Assembly (NCBI GenBank): GCA_000388065.2
Contig: KB932206.1
Length of the DNA stretch: 64,000 nucleotides
Direction: 5' to 3' (one strand)
From: Fonticula alba ATCC 38817
Lineage: Eukaryota > Protista > Nucleariida
Below, in pieces: positions 1 through 11,899 of this stretch (its first letter is position 1; each line of letters begins with the position of its first letter). Both the position numbers and the translations under genes were made by a program. Under the pieces are notes generated by a model. It was not told the origin of the DNA. It saw nothing but the letters and a program-made list of their open reading frames with translations, and searched no databases.

Positions 1-2
1 CG

Positions 3-3000
3 CTCGGCCGGACGCCCCTCATCCTGGCCGTCCTCAGTGGGAACCGGGAGATTGTTCGGGCGCTGCTGGACGCCGGGCTGCGGTCCCTGCGCGCGGCGGT
101 GCTGCGCCTGCGGCACCCTCCCGGGCAGGCTCCCCCGGACGAGTCGGACCGCCGAGTGCTGGCCACACTGGAGCCGTGTCTGGAATTGTCGCTCCCGGAG
201 TGCGTGCAGCCGAGTTTGTCCGAGCGCGGCGCCGATGGCCGGACGCCGCTGCACTTTGCCGCGCACTACCATCGCACGGACATTTTGGTCGACCTGCTGG
301 AGTACAACCACCGGGTGCGGGAATTGCTGCTCGAGGCTCGGAGCCTGCGCGCTGGGCAATCACCCGAGGAGCCGGCCACGCCGGAGCCCGGGGCCTCCGC
401 CCCCGAGGAGGACATCGACCCTGATCAGGGCCATGCCAGCCCGGATGGCGACACCATCGACCCCGAGCTCGAGGAGATGATGGAGCTTGCCGAGTCGGAC
501 GACGACTCGGGGGACGACTCGGGGGACGATGCGCTCGACGACCGGCAGCCCACCGAGACCCCCCGTCGGGGCATGGCCGATGGCTCGGGCGGCATGGCGC
601 CCCCCGCGCGCGAGGGCTTTGTGTCGGTCGATTGCGAGGATTGGGCCGGGCATCTGACCCCCCTGCACTATGCCATCCTCTTTGGGAGTGTGGAATGCGC
701 GCGCGTGCTGCTGGCCCATGGGGCCAGTGCGGGCCGGCCGTGCCTGCCCCTCGCCACGGGCTCCGGCGAGGCCCTGACCCCGCTGATGCTGGTGTCCTAT
801 GTCGAGGACACCGACACGGCCGTGGCCCTGGCCACCCTGCTGGTCGAGGGGGTGGACCTTGTGCCGTTGGCCGGGCAGCCGGCTGGCGGGCCAGCAGGGC
901 GCTCGGCGCCGGCCTCCCTGGTGGACATGATGCTCACCCGGCAGCTGTCCGTGCTGGGGCTGTATGCGGCCCGGTTGCGGGCGGATTTGCTGACGGACTT
1001 CATCGGCCGGCACTTCTCGGCCGAGCAGCTGGCCCCGCTGCTGACCCATGTCACCCTGGACCAGTTGAACCCCCTCGGTCTGGCCATTCGCATCGGGTAT
1101 CTCCAGGGCGGCAGCCATGGCCGCCATAGTGCGCCGGCCATTTTGCGTGATGGGCTTGGTCGTGCCCTTCGCGAGCAGCTCACCTGCGACACCGTCCGGG
1201 CGCTGCTGCGCCTGGGGGTCCCGGCTCGCGTGCTGCCCGAGCACCAGGCCGCCTCCAAGGACCTGGCCATGGCCACCTGGACCGCCGGGCTGTCCTTGCA
1301 CAGTGCCCGCTGCTATGAGACCCTCCCGGACGAGCTCCAGCCCTGCTACATGGCTCTCGAGGCCCGGCTGCCCCGGGTGCTGGAGCTCCTCCTCGAGGCG
1401 GATCCCTCGCTGGCCACCCTACGCCTTTCGGGCGTCGCACTGTGCGCCGCCCCCCCGGCCCATGCCCCTGGGCCACGGCCCCATTTTGCCGCCAGCCCAC
1501 ACGCCCCCGGGGATGCTGCCCGTGGGCATGCTTGCCATGACTAACACACCCGGCCTGGGCCGTGCACGGCTTGCCCTCCCCCCCCCCCAAAAAAAAATGC
1601 GACTCTCCCGGCGCCCGGCGGACGGGATGACGCCCGCCGCAGCGCGCCTGCCAAGCTCCCCGACCGTCAGCTTGTCGCCCCCGCCGGCGGGGCTTTCGCC
1701 GCACGCGCCCCCCTCGGGCACGGGGCCGCCATGCCGGAGCCGGCCTTCCACCTGACGGACTCGGTCCTGGCCACGGCCGCCCGGATGGTGCAGGCGGCCC
1801 AGGCCGACGCCAGGGAGCTGGCCGCCCTCCAGGCTGCGGCTCCCGCGCTCTTTGACCTGCTCGAGCAGGTGTACTCCCATGCGGAACTTGGCAAGGCCAC
1901 CGCCACCAATGAGGTGGCCATCAACGCGGACGATCTGGACATTGCCGACATCCGGGCGGCCATGCGAGTCATGCGCCGGGTCATGCGCGACGAGTACCTT
2001 GCCGCGGCGGGCCTCGCGGGCCGGCCGACCGCCGGCGATGATGCCACCATGACCGACGCCACACCGGACGCCGGCAGCATGCCGGCCGGCCCCCAGGCAG
2101 ACGATGATGCCGACCTGTCCGATGCCCCGGAGCCGACCATCGACCATGAGGACTATGCGGCCGGGCGGCCGGCGGTCGACCAGTTCCTCTGGCAAGCCGT
2201 CGGCAATGTGGCCGGCCTGTCGATGCCGGAGCCCCGGCTGTCGGATCGGGATGACCAGGTTTTCCGCCTGCGCAATGCCATCCGTCTGCGGAATGGCGAG
2301 CCCCGCCTGCCCCGGGCCCCGACCGGGCTGTTCGAGCCGGCGGAGCTCTTCGACCCGGCCAGCGTGACGACCATTCGCTCGGCCCTGCGCACGCGCCGGC
2401 AAATCCTGCGGGAGATCCACCGCCACGAGGCGCTTCCGGCCGCCGGCGCGGCCCCGGGCCCCGGGGTGATGGTGACGCTTTTGCTGCACGACCTGGCCGT
2501 GGTCAATTTCATGGTCGGCCTGCCGGCCGGCGATCGACTCGACGACCGGGACCCGGCGCGCGGCGAATCCGGCCCGCTCGCGGCCGCCGACCACCCGCCA
2601 GGCCCCCTGCATCGGTTGCGGCCTGCTGCGCGCGACGCCCTCGACCGGGTCATGGCCGCCGCATCCGACGGCCTGTTGGCCCGGCAGCGGGAGGACTTCC
2701 GCCGGCTGGGGCTCATGCATGAATTGCTGGCCCGGCATCTTGGCACGCCGTGCACCTTCCCCCGGCGGTATCCCCCTGCCGGGGACCGGCTGGCGCCCCG
2801 GGCCAAGCGCGTGTGGGCCGCCGGCTACGACGACCCCGAGGCCCTGGCCCAGCATCTGGTTCAGGAGGTGGCATTCCGCGCGTGGGCCAAGGTCACCGTG
2901 TCGGTGGCCGAATGCCTCCTCCGGAGCCTGACCATGGAAGCCATCCAGGCGGCCCTGGACCGGGAGTTCGAAGGGCACGAGCGCATGGGCACCTGCCCCC

Positions 3001-6000
3001 AGCTGGGGGCCTTCATCAGGCGCCTCGCTGGCGCGATGCTGGCCCGGGTCCCGGGCACGCTGGAGGCGACCATGGGCCAGGATCGCCACACGTCCGATTG
3101 CCGGGCCTTCGGCCCGGGCAGCGGCCAGGGGCCCGGTCTGCGGGTGGGCTTCCGGGCCGGGGGCCACCCGGTCCAGGGCCCGGCCAATGAGGCCATCTAC
3201 CGGGCCCTCTTTGAGGCGGTCTTCGCCGGCGACACGGCCCTTGTGGCCCACTTGACCGACACGACGGCGCACGGCCCGCGCGTGGCCCTGGTGGACAGCT
3301 GTCTGAGCGGGTCATCCATGACCACGCCCCTTCGGGTGGCCCTGCGGTTCTTGCCCCGGCCCGCGGCGATGGTGGAGCTGCTGCTCGCGCGGCTGGCTTG
3401 CCAGTACCGGCCGCGTATCAGCGCGGCGGCGGTGCGCGTGGCCGCCGCCCAGGCGGCCGAGTCGCCCGGGGCCGCGGCCAAGCGCGCCGCCCGCATCAGC
3501 ACCCTCGACTTCTTGGCCATGACCTTCGGCGATGGGCCCGACCAGGCCCTGGACTATCTGGATGAGGAGCCGGCCCCGGGCCCGGGTGCCGGCCATGCCG
3601 GGGGGCCAAATGCCCCGGCGGATGTGCCCCCCTCGCTGGGCCTCGGCCGGGGCCGCGGCAAGATGGCCCACCGGGCCTTTGCCCGGGCTTACCGGGCCAA
3701 TTGCCGGGCCCAGAGCACGGTGGCCAGCACTGGCGCCTCGGCGGTGGCGCGGCCCGGGCCCCGGCACGAGGATGGCCACTTGCGCTTCAGCTCGACCAGC
3801 CCGCTGGAGCATCTGGCCACCTTGCATACCTTCATGCCGGCGGTTCGCCGCCGGCCCGGGCACACGGATGCCCAATTGGCCGGGCTCCAGCTGCTGGTGC
3901 CCCCATCATGCAAGCTGTCCCACCGGCGCCGTGCCATGATGGCCAGACATTGGCAGCACTTCCGCCATCGCCATGTGGCCCTCGGCACGGACCCGGTGCC
4001 GGGGCTGGATGAACTGGCCCGCCGCGATGACCGGTGGGCCCGGGTCCCCGGGCCGGGGGACACCCCCGGCTGGGAGTTCCTCACCCAACTGCTTTCCAGC
4101 CAGGCCCAGCCGGACGAGCCCTCCCGGCCGGAAGTCTGCATGAATCTCCTGGGCGAGACGCTCTTCCATGCGGCCGGGCTTGCCGATGGCGCGGAGGAAG
4201 CCCTGGCCCTGGTGCTGGCCATGCTCAATGGCTTGCGTTTGGTGGAGGACACCGCCACCCGGCTGGACCGGCTGGCGGCCCGGATCCAGGGCCACTTGAC
4301 CTATGCCCCGGGGCTGATGCAGCTGCCCGAACGCCTGATGGCCAACATCGCCGCCGGGGCCCAGGTCAGCCCGCCGCCCATGGCCATCGCCATGGCCATG
4401 GACATGCCGCGACAGGTGGTTCTGCTGCTCCTGCGGCGCTTCGGCGGCGGGGTCAACTTCGCGCTGTGGCCCCTGCCGGCCGATGTGCCGGTGGCCGCGG
4501 CCCGGCGCCATACGGTCCTCACGCGGTCATCCAAGACCCAGCTGTTCGCCGCCCCGGCCGACGGCGGCGAGGGCCTCGCACGCTCATCCCGCAACATGCT
4601 CACCTTGGTGGCTCTGTCCGGCGGCGCGGGAGCCCGGCCGGAGGGCTTCGAGCATGTGGACCCGCCGGCCATCATGCCCGCGGGTCCCCTGGCCGAGAAG
4701 CACCCCTTGAGCTTCCTGCCCCCGGTGACGGTGGCCCTCCTGGCCGGGCATCGGGACCTGGCCGGGTGGCTGGCCGCCGACCCGGCCCCGCGACAGGCCT
4801 TCCGCGACTTCTGGCACCGCAAGCCCGCCCGCCGGCCGGTGGCCGACCTGTCGCTGGCCGGGCAATTCCCCACCGTCGACCAGCTGGCCCTGGTGGTGCC
4901 GGACACCGAGCGCAGTGTCCTGCGGGCCCTCGGCCGGGAGGTCCTCCTGGATGTGGCCCCCCTCGAGCGGGCCCTCTTCCGCCTGGACACCGTGCTCAAG
5001 GTCCCGGCCCGGCCCGGCGAGGAGCGCACCCACACGGAGTACACCACCGCCGTGGCGGCGGTCACCATGCTCAACAGCCAGCCGGCCGCGGCCCTGCTCC
5101 GGGAAATCCTCACCGCCGAGCCGTACGGCCTCGGCCCCGGCCAATTGGCCAGCCTGGCCGGCACCGGCCTGGCCCTCGATTCGCAGGCCCTGCCCAACAG
5201 CCTGGCCGCCTGGGTGGCCGGCTCGGCGGCCGACGACCTGCCCCTGGTGGCGGTTGAAAGCCACGACGTGGCCCTCAGCCCGTTGGCCCTGGCGGCCGGG
5301 CTCGGCCTCGCCGGCGCCACGGCCGGCCTCCTGGCCGACCTCCATGCGGATCCCTCCCAGGAGGACCCCCTCCGCGGCTGGACGCCCCTGCACCATGCGG
5401 CATACTCGCACCAACCAACAATAGCCGGGCTGCTTCTGGCCACGGTGGCCGCGCGCGCCGGGGCCGACCCCCTGGCGGCCGTGCGCCGGGCCATCTTCCA
5501 TCGGAGCCCGGTGTCTGGCCTGAGCGCGGTGCATCTGGCCGCCGAGCGTGATGCCCATGGGGTCCTGCGGGAAATGGCCCTGGCCCTGGCGCGCGCACGC
5601 TTCCACACCTCGGCCCCCGATGGGGGGCACATCCTCCGCGCCCAGGCGGAGCTCTTCCAGCCGGAACACCACACCACCTCCGGCCGGGACTCGCCGCTGC
5701 ATGTGGCCCTGCGCTTCTCGCACTTCCTCCTGACCGTGGAGATGCTCCTGATTTTGGCCGTCGAAACCACGGTGGAGCATGGCCCGCGTGATGCCGGGCC
5801 CCTGGCCGATGCCCTGCTCCGGGCCATGGGCACTTCGGTCGGATGCCTGCGCCATGCCGCGATGCCGGGCGGCCCACTTGCCGGGGTCCATTGGCCAGGC
5901 CTCGCCCGGGCCCTGTTGACGGAAAATGCCTCCGGCATCACGGTGGCCGACCATCTGTTCGCAATCGACCGGCAGGCTCTCGCGGCCAGCCACATTTCCG

Positions 6001-6443
6001 CACCCCACCAGCCCTTCAGCAGCCAGCCTCTGCGTTGCTCGGACCTCACCCGTGCCCTTGGTGTGGAGGCCCCGGTGGCCGGCGCCACCGGCACGGCGCA
6101 CTTCACCTCCATGGGTCGGCTTTTCAGTGCCCTGCGAGTCCTGGCCAGCGTGGTGGCCTTCGCCCCCGGGGCGCCCTGTCGCTTTACCATCCGGTCATCC
6201 GACGCGCGCAGGGCCCTCTTCCATCTGGCCGACCAGACCATGCTGCAGTTTGAGCGCATCAATTCCAGCGATCACTACCAGGACGAAGAGGACCAATACT
6301 ACACCGGGGCCGATCCCTCGCTGGCCAGCAATGGGCTCCTGCGGATTGCCTGCTTTGAGGGCAAGCCAGCTCGGCCGGACCTCACCGCCGAGAAGGCCAT
6401 CCCCCTGCCGCTGCTCCTTCGGAACCTCCTGGTTGATGCTTGA
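3..6443 (+). CDS. Very large ankyrin-repeat protein, 5' end outside window; two exons seen (3-1441, 1643-6443)
   Basis: Frame +3 from base 3 reads LGRTPLILAVLSGNREIVRALLDAG. Further ANK motifs: GRTPLHFAAHY, LTPLHYAILFGSVECARVLL, GWTPLHHAAYS, GRDSPLHVAL. ORFs 99-1544 and 1731-6443 are in the same frame and are joined by a 201-nt phase-2 intron (GTGCGC at 1442 to GCAG at 1642) that removes the TAA at 1542. Confidence 0.85.
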
Positions 6444-7318
6444 CAGAGGCCGCCCCCTTGCGGCCCGCCGCAGACCCACGGACATAGAAGGGGCTGGGCG
6501 CTGGCCGCTGGGGGCTGGGGGGGAGAAAAAAAGAAGCCGAATCAGGCAGCGCATAAAAACGCATGGGGCTGGGGTCTGTCCTGAGATCTGTCCCTCTCCT
6601 CCGTGGCTTTTTTGTTTCCCCCTTCGCACACAAGACAATACACAATGTCCCTCATGGCCTTCTCGTGCCTCCTCCATCATGGTCGGTGGTGCTCAGCCGA
6701 GCATATGTCCCCGCCGGCCACCGACCGCACATCGGCCCAGCCAAAAGTCGGGAGATGGCCCCTTGACGCCGAGACCCGTGGCTGGTCCCCGGTCTGGGGA
6801 GGTCCTTCCGCTCGATCACCCTTCCTCTCAAGACAACGGGTCCCACGGCGTTGGGTGCCCCCTCGAAAGGCCAGCAGCGAGATGCCGCCGTCTGGCCGCG
6901 TCCCAGGACAGTCCCTCCTGGCCACGGATGATGCCCGCAAGCAACTCCCCCAAGAGGGTGCGGGCGCACATTCGAACCAGGGGCGTTCTCGCTCGGCTCA
7001 CGAGCATCCCCCCTGGGGGCAGGGGGGGGGGGGGGCACGTGCATTGTGCCATGTGCATGTCTCCTCGCCAGCGCAGGCGAGCCTGCTGGGCCAAGAAGCG
7101 TGCCATTGGCCAGCATCAGCACAACCGAAGGAAAACTGGCCGGGGCGGCATATGCCCCCCCGGCGAGGGTGGAGCAATACCATGGGCGTTTTACCGCTGC
7201 GCCCTCCCCCAAACAGGGGATTCATTCCCCCCCCCCCCCCCCCCCCTCCCCCCCCCACAGCCGCCGCAGGAGGAGGAGAGTGCGGGCTCCAGGAAAGCCG
7301 GGGGACAATCGTGCTAGT

Positions 7319-7323
7319 AAAAA
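7319..7323 (-). terminator. Pol III T-tract terminator of tRNA-Ala
   Basis: A5 on + (T5 on -), 8 nt downstream of the tRNA 3' end. Confidence 0.75.
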
Positions 7324-7330
7324 GTGGTTC

Positions 7331-7403
7331 TGGAGGCGGAGGGTATCGATCCCCCTGCCTGCCGCATGCTAAGCGGCCGCTCTACCATTTGAGCTACGCC
7401 CCC
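7331..7403 (-). tRNA. tRNA-Ala(AGC)
   Basis: GGGGGCGTAGCTCAAATGGTAGAGCGGCCGCTTAGCATGCGGCAGGCAGGGGGATCGATACCCTCCGCCTCCA. Cloverleaf with anticodon AGC and the G3:U70 alanine identity pair. Confidence 0.97.
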
Positions 7404-7827
7404 CAGATGATGGCTTTGACCCACACATTCGGCTATTTATTCTTTGGATCAGATCGGTGCTGGTGTCTGATTCTCCGGGACCGGCGGGCGGGCGTCCGAG
7501 AGCCACCCGACCGAGGGGTATCATGTCCCGAGAGAGAAAGAGAGCGAGAGAGAGAGGGTTAGGAGGCCAGCAAAGGACATCATGCGGAGAGGGAGGAGCT
7601 GGCCGTCTGTATCCTTTTGCGGAATGCGGCAGGGACTGAGGCACTCCGCTCGTGGGAGGAACCACATCCAGAAGCAGGGCAACGGAAAGTCGCAGTCTCT
7701 ACAAAAAGAATGGTCAGTACCAGGAGTGCTGACACCTTGGATGGGGGGCGGGGGGGCGACACTTTGGGTGCACGCATGGCCCTTCTTGCAGATTTATAGC
7801 AGAACATGACTGGTATCTTTCAGTAGC

Positions 7828-7900
7828 TCCCATATAGTCTAGGTGGTTAGGATACGTGGCTCTCACCCACGAGACCCGGGTTCGAGTCCCGGTATGGGAA
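7828..7900 (+). tRNA. tRNA-Glu(CTC)
   Basis: TCCCATA/TATGGGA acceptor stem, CGTGG-CTCTCAC-CCACG anticodon arm, CCGGG-TTCGAGT-CCCGG T arm. Confidence 0.97.
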
Positions 7901-7904
7901 TTCC

Positions 7905-7909
7905 TTTTT
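7905..7909 (+). terminator. Pol III T-tract terminator of tRNA-Glu
   Basis: TTTTT 4 nt after the tRNA. Confidence 0.75.
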
Positions 7910-8308
7910 GGGCCCTCTTTTGAGTCGGGCACCAAGCCTCGGCAAAAGACCGAGGGATCTTACCTGGGGGGGGCGGTGTTTGGCGAGGGGGGGGGTGTGT
8001 CCTCCTGGGTCACAAAAAGGGGGTGAGGGGGGAGAGAGAGAGAGAGAGACCATATACAGACCCCATTCAAAGGCGCCAGCCATAAAACCAAAGGCTGGGA
8101 GGCATGGACGCCAAAAAAAAAAAACACTTGGCAAGGGACCGGGAAGAGAGACCATCATCCACAAACCACAGGGAGCGCCGACCAAATGGATCTCCATATC
8201 CACCTCGCAAACGGAAAGGGGGCGCTGCCTTGGGCAAAAGAAAAAAGCACAAACACTGGGCAGCAGAAAAGGGGACAAAGGAAAAGGCGAGGGGGACGGT
8301 CCATCAGA

Positions 8309-8425
8309 CACGCACACACACGCACACACACACACGCACGCACGCACACACGCACGCACGCACACACGCACACACGCACACACGCACACACGCACACACG
8401 CACACACGCACACACACACACACAC
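8309..8425. repeat. Compound (CA)/(CACG) microsatellite
   Basis: About 115 nt of acacgcacacac-type repeats downstream of the 8500-9540 gene. Confidence 0.9.
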
Positions 8426-8499
8426 CATCCCCATGCCTGTGCGTGTCTCTCTCTATGTCTAGGGTCTCTATTTTTCTCGAAAAGCAATCATCGCGGCGA

Positions 8500-9540
8500 C
8501 TATGGGGTCGGCCGGCCGATGAGCGACGCAATCGACACAGCATCCTTCGCCTTCTGGGCTGCCAGGTCCTGGCGGTGGGCCAGCACCAGGGGCGACTCGT
8601 GGGGGAGGAAATGCGCGAAGTACCCCGATAGGGACAGGGGCGACGCCGGAGGGGCATCCTTGCCATGGCCCGACGCCATTTCCCGGGACAAGGAGACAGA
8701 CGAGGCAAAGGCCGGGTCCAGATGCAAGGCATCAGTCGCCAAGAGCGCGGTCACAATCTCCTCATCGACCGACAGAAGAAGGCCCATGTCCTGGTGCGTC
8801 AGCTTCGGCACCACCCTGCACAAAGCCGCCAAACGCTCCACGCAGGGCCACTCCTGGCGCTGCATCAGGCGATCGGCCACACCTGCCTGGTAGACCAGCG
8901 CGTGAACCTGCTCCGTCGAGAGGCCCAGCAGCCGGGCCAACAGGGCCTCCGGCACCGGCGGGTCCCGGGCCACCAGTCCGCTGAGATCGCGCAAAAGATC
9001 GGCCACTTCCTGATCCGCCAAGATCCCATGCCGCTGCCGGGGTGGCGGTATCCCGAACTTCACCGGCGGAAAGGCCTCCACCAAGGTCTGCAGCGATACC
9101 ACATCCATCCCCAGCAGCCGGGCCACGTCCTCCTCCAAGGGCTGCGGCTGGGGCAGGCCCTGAAGGCGCAGGAAGAGACGCAGGCAGCTGGGGGTCTGGA
9201 AACCACTGGCCAGCGCCACACGTCCAGCCTCCACATCCAGGCAGAGGGCCTCCCCGGGGTTGATGCGCACGCGCGGAAGAGCAGCACCGGCCCCCGGGAT
9301 CTTGGGGTCGGCAGCCGGGGCCTGGAAGAAGGATGGCAACGGAAGGGGAGGGCTTGGAGAGTCGGGCCGCTTGGTGGGGATGTTCAGGGCTTCCAGTCGG
9401 GTCGCGAGCGAGGGGTCGAACTCCGGGATGGAAGGCAAGAAGGGAAGAGACCCGCTGGAAAAGGACCGGCCGAGGAGGGGCCGGACGACCAGGTTTAGCA
9501 GAGGACGCCGCCCGGTGCGCAATGTGGCAATCCCCAGCAT
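8500..9540 (-). CDS. Uncharacterised, probably mitochondrion-targeted protein with three HTH-like repeats
   Basis: Intronless ORF. Best start is MLGIATLRTGRRPLLNLVVRPLLGRSFSS (Arg-rich, acid-free presequence ending in RSFS). The in-frame upstream part is a Pro/Ser low-complexity tract, probably 5' UTR. Confidence 0.7.
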   Translation of the reverse strand: MLGIATLRTGRRPLLNLVVRPLLGRSFSSGSLPFLPSIPEFDPSLATRLEALNIPTKRPDSPSPPLPLPSFFQAPAADPKIPGAGAALPRVRINPGEALCLDVEAGRVALASGFQTPSCLRLFLRLQGLPQPQPLEEDVARLLGMDVVSLQTLVEAFPPVKFGIPPPRQRHGILADQEVADLLRDLSGLVARDPPVPEALLARLLGLSTEQVHALVYQAGVADRLMQRQEWPCVERLAALCRVVPKLTHQDMGLLLSVDEEIVTALLATDALHLDPAFASSVSLSREMASGHGKDAPPASPLSLSGYFAHFLPHESPLVLAHRQDLAAQKAKDAVSIASLIGRPTP

Positions 9541-9571
9541 GCTTTTGGTGGGCGACTCGGGCGGGAGTCCA

Positions 9572-9645
9572 GAGCGAGAAGGAGAGACAGAGGGGGGGGG
9601 GAGGGGGGGCGAGCGAGAAGGAGAGACAGAGGGGGGGGGGAGCGG
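9572..9645. repeat. Tandem duplication, period about 39 bp, purine-rich on +
   Basis: gagcgagaaggagagacagagggggggggg-ag occurs at 9572 and 9611. Confidence 0.8.
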
Positions 9646-11899
9646 GGGCGGGGGCGAGGGGGAGGGGGAGGGGGAGGGAGGGACGAGGGAAGGGGAGGGA
9701 CGAGGGGAGGTGGAGGGAGGGACGAGGGGAGGGGAGGAGGGGCGCAATCTTGGAAACTGTATGGCGAGGAAATTGCCCCCCCACGGCCCTATCAATCTCG
9801 CTTGCGACCACGCGCTTCACTCTGTCGCTGCCCGCCCCCCGGCGGTCGGACCGCCGAATGATCAGGGATGCAAAGCCAAAGCCGCACACTGTGGGTGGGA
9901 AGAGAAGGGAGACGTGGGGGGGGGGGCGGCGGCCGGGAGCCACAAGCGATCGGGGTGGCGGGGCGGTGTGTCCCCGGCGCGAATGTCCAGTGATCTGAAA
10001 CGGCATTTCGTGTTCCGGTGATTCAGCTTGCATTTTCGCCTCTGCCCTTTGCGCCTCCCAGTGGAATGTGCCATTCCTCTTAGCCAGGCAACTTGTGCCG
10101 CCGGATGGGCCCAATATTTGGCTGCTGCATGTTTGTCGCCCCTTCCACGCCGCGGGGAGCGTTGCCCCTCTCAACATCCTCGCCAGGCGCGGGCGAAGGG
10201 CCGGGCGTGTTGTCGGCATCCCCGAAAGTGCGTCCGCCGCAGCCTGGCCCCCCCCCCCCCGGATCCTCCCCACGTCCATATACCGAGGGCACTATTAATA
10301 CCGGGTGCCCGTGTCGGAAGAACCTTTCAGGGGGCTCCGGCGTGAGAGCCCTCGCCGTGGTGGGGACAGACCATGATCCATCCCCCTCCGTGGGGTAGAT
10401 CGATGTCCCCGCGCATTTGGCTGCGGCGCATGGGCGCGTGCTCTGGCGGCCTCTTTGCCCCGGCGCATCTGGGCGTCTTGTCACGCCGATGTGTCTTGGC
10501 GCTCGCGCCTACATGCGTCTGTGTTTCCTGGACGATCCCCGGGGAGAGTTGGCTTGAGGTGGCTCCCCGCGGATGTGGGGGGGGGGGGGGGGGGGGACGG
10601 AGGGGAGATGCGGCGGAGAACCGAGTTGGTGGGTTGCGGGGCGCGGATGCGGGGGAGGGGCGCGGGGCGGCCTCTCGCGCGGATCAGGGGGCCCTCGGTG
10701 AACTCCCTTCGCCTGTGGCCCCTAGCTGGTTCCGCGGAAAAGAAAGGGACCTGTATTCCTCCACGTGAAGTCCCGCCGGCCAGGATGCGCCCAGGTGCCT
10801 GGCCGATCGCGTGTACGCTCGTCAGGCCCCATGTCCGTTCCTGGGGGGCTAATGGTCGCCCTGCCCTTGCCTCCCTGATGCTGGCCGGTACCGCCGTTAC
10901 CCGGGAGGCCCCGCCTGAAGCTGCGCGCGCTCGGGCACACACGCGCCCGACTCCCTGCCGTGGGAATCCGGCGTGCTTGTGGGTTGCCTGAAGGTGCGAA
11001 GTGCAGGGACCCCTCCTCCCCGGCCTGGGCCAGGGGATCCGCGGGGGCGGGCGGCGGGCGGCGATGTGCACGGATGGCAGACGGGGGACATGTCGGCCGG
11101 TGACTGGATGACTCCCCCCCCCCCCCCCCCCCCCCCCACCCCACCCACACCCACCCCCACGCACACGCACACATGCAGTCGCACACACGCACACGCGCAC
11201 ACACCCTTTTCGGCCCAGCCTCCCCGGAAATTGACTTCAGGCCTGCTTGTCGTGTGCCCGTCAGCACACACTTAGCCGCCAAAGTAACATGGGCCTGCTC
11301 CCGGCCAGACCCCTCGGGTCCCGGACATAACCCCGTCCCCGCCAATCGAGCCTGGTCCATTCTCGGAGAGGAGGGGGGCCGGATGCCCTCCAGGAGGCAA
11401 TGGATGCCCACCACGCGCCCCCCTTCACCCAGGACCTGGTCTCGATTCTCGGTACCCGGGGGCGGGCGACAAGGCAGAAGGCCAGCATGGCCCGATGGGG
11501 GGGGGGGATCATGGCTCTGGCCCCCCGAAGAGGCGAGCCCGGGCCAGTGTGCCGATCAGTCCCGAGAGCCCGTCTCGGGCAATGGGCGCGCGTATAAGAG
11601 TTTGCCCGCTCCCCAGGGAGTCCCACATGGGCTCGAAGGGCATCACTTCACTGTCCCACCCTGCGCCCCATCCCCCGCCCCAGACTCATGCCTTCGTTTG
11701 TCGCTCGCGATCCCAGACAAGGCGTTGCCGACCGCAGGATCGCGCGTGCCCCCCTCGCTCTTGCCCTCTACGGGTGATTGGCCGAAAAGCCTGGCTTGTG
11801 TCTGAGGCTCGCCTTTACGACCGGACCTGGCCGCCTACCCGCGCCCATATGCGCCTGACACCCTCGATCCCTTCGCCATACAGGGTGTGCCCCCGCCAG

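Noticed and set aside
9541-9795. Upstream in-frame extension of the HTH ORF
   Set aside because: It is translated Pro/Ser homopolymer and repeat sequence; the ATG at 9540 begins a clear presequence.
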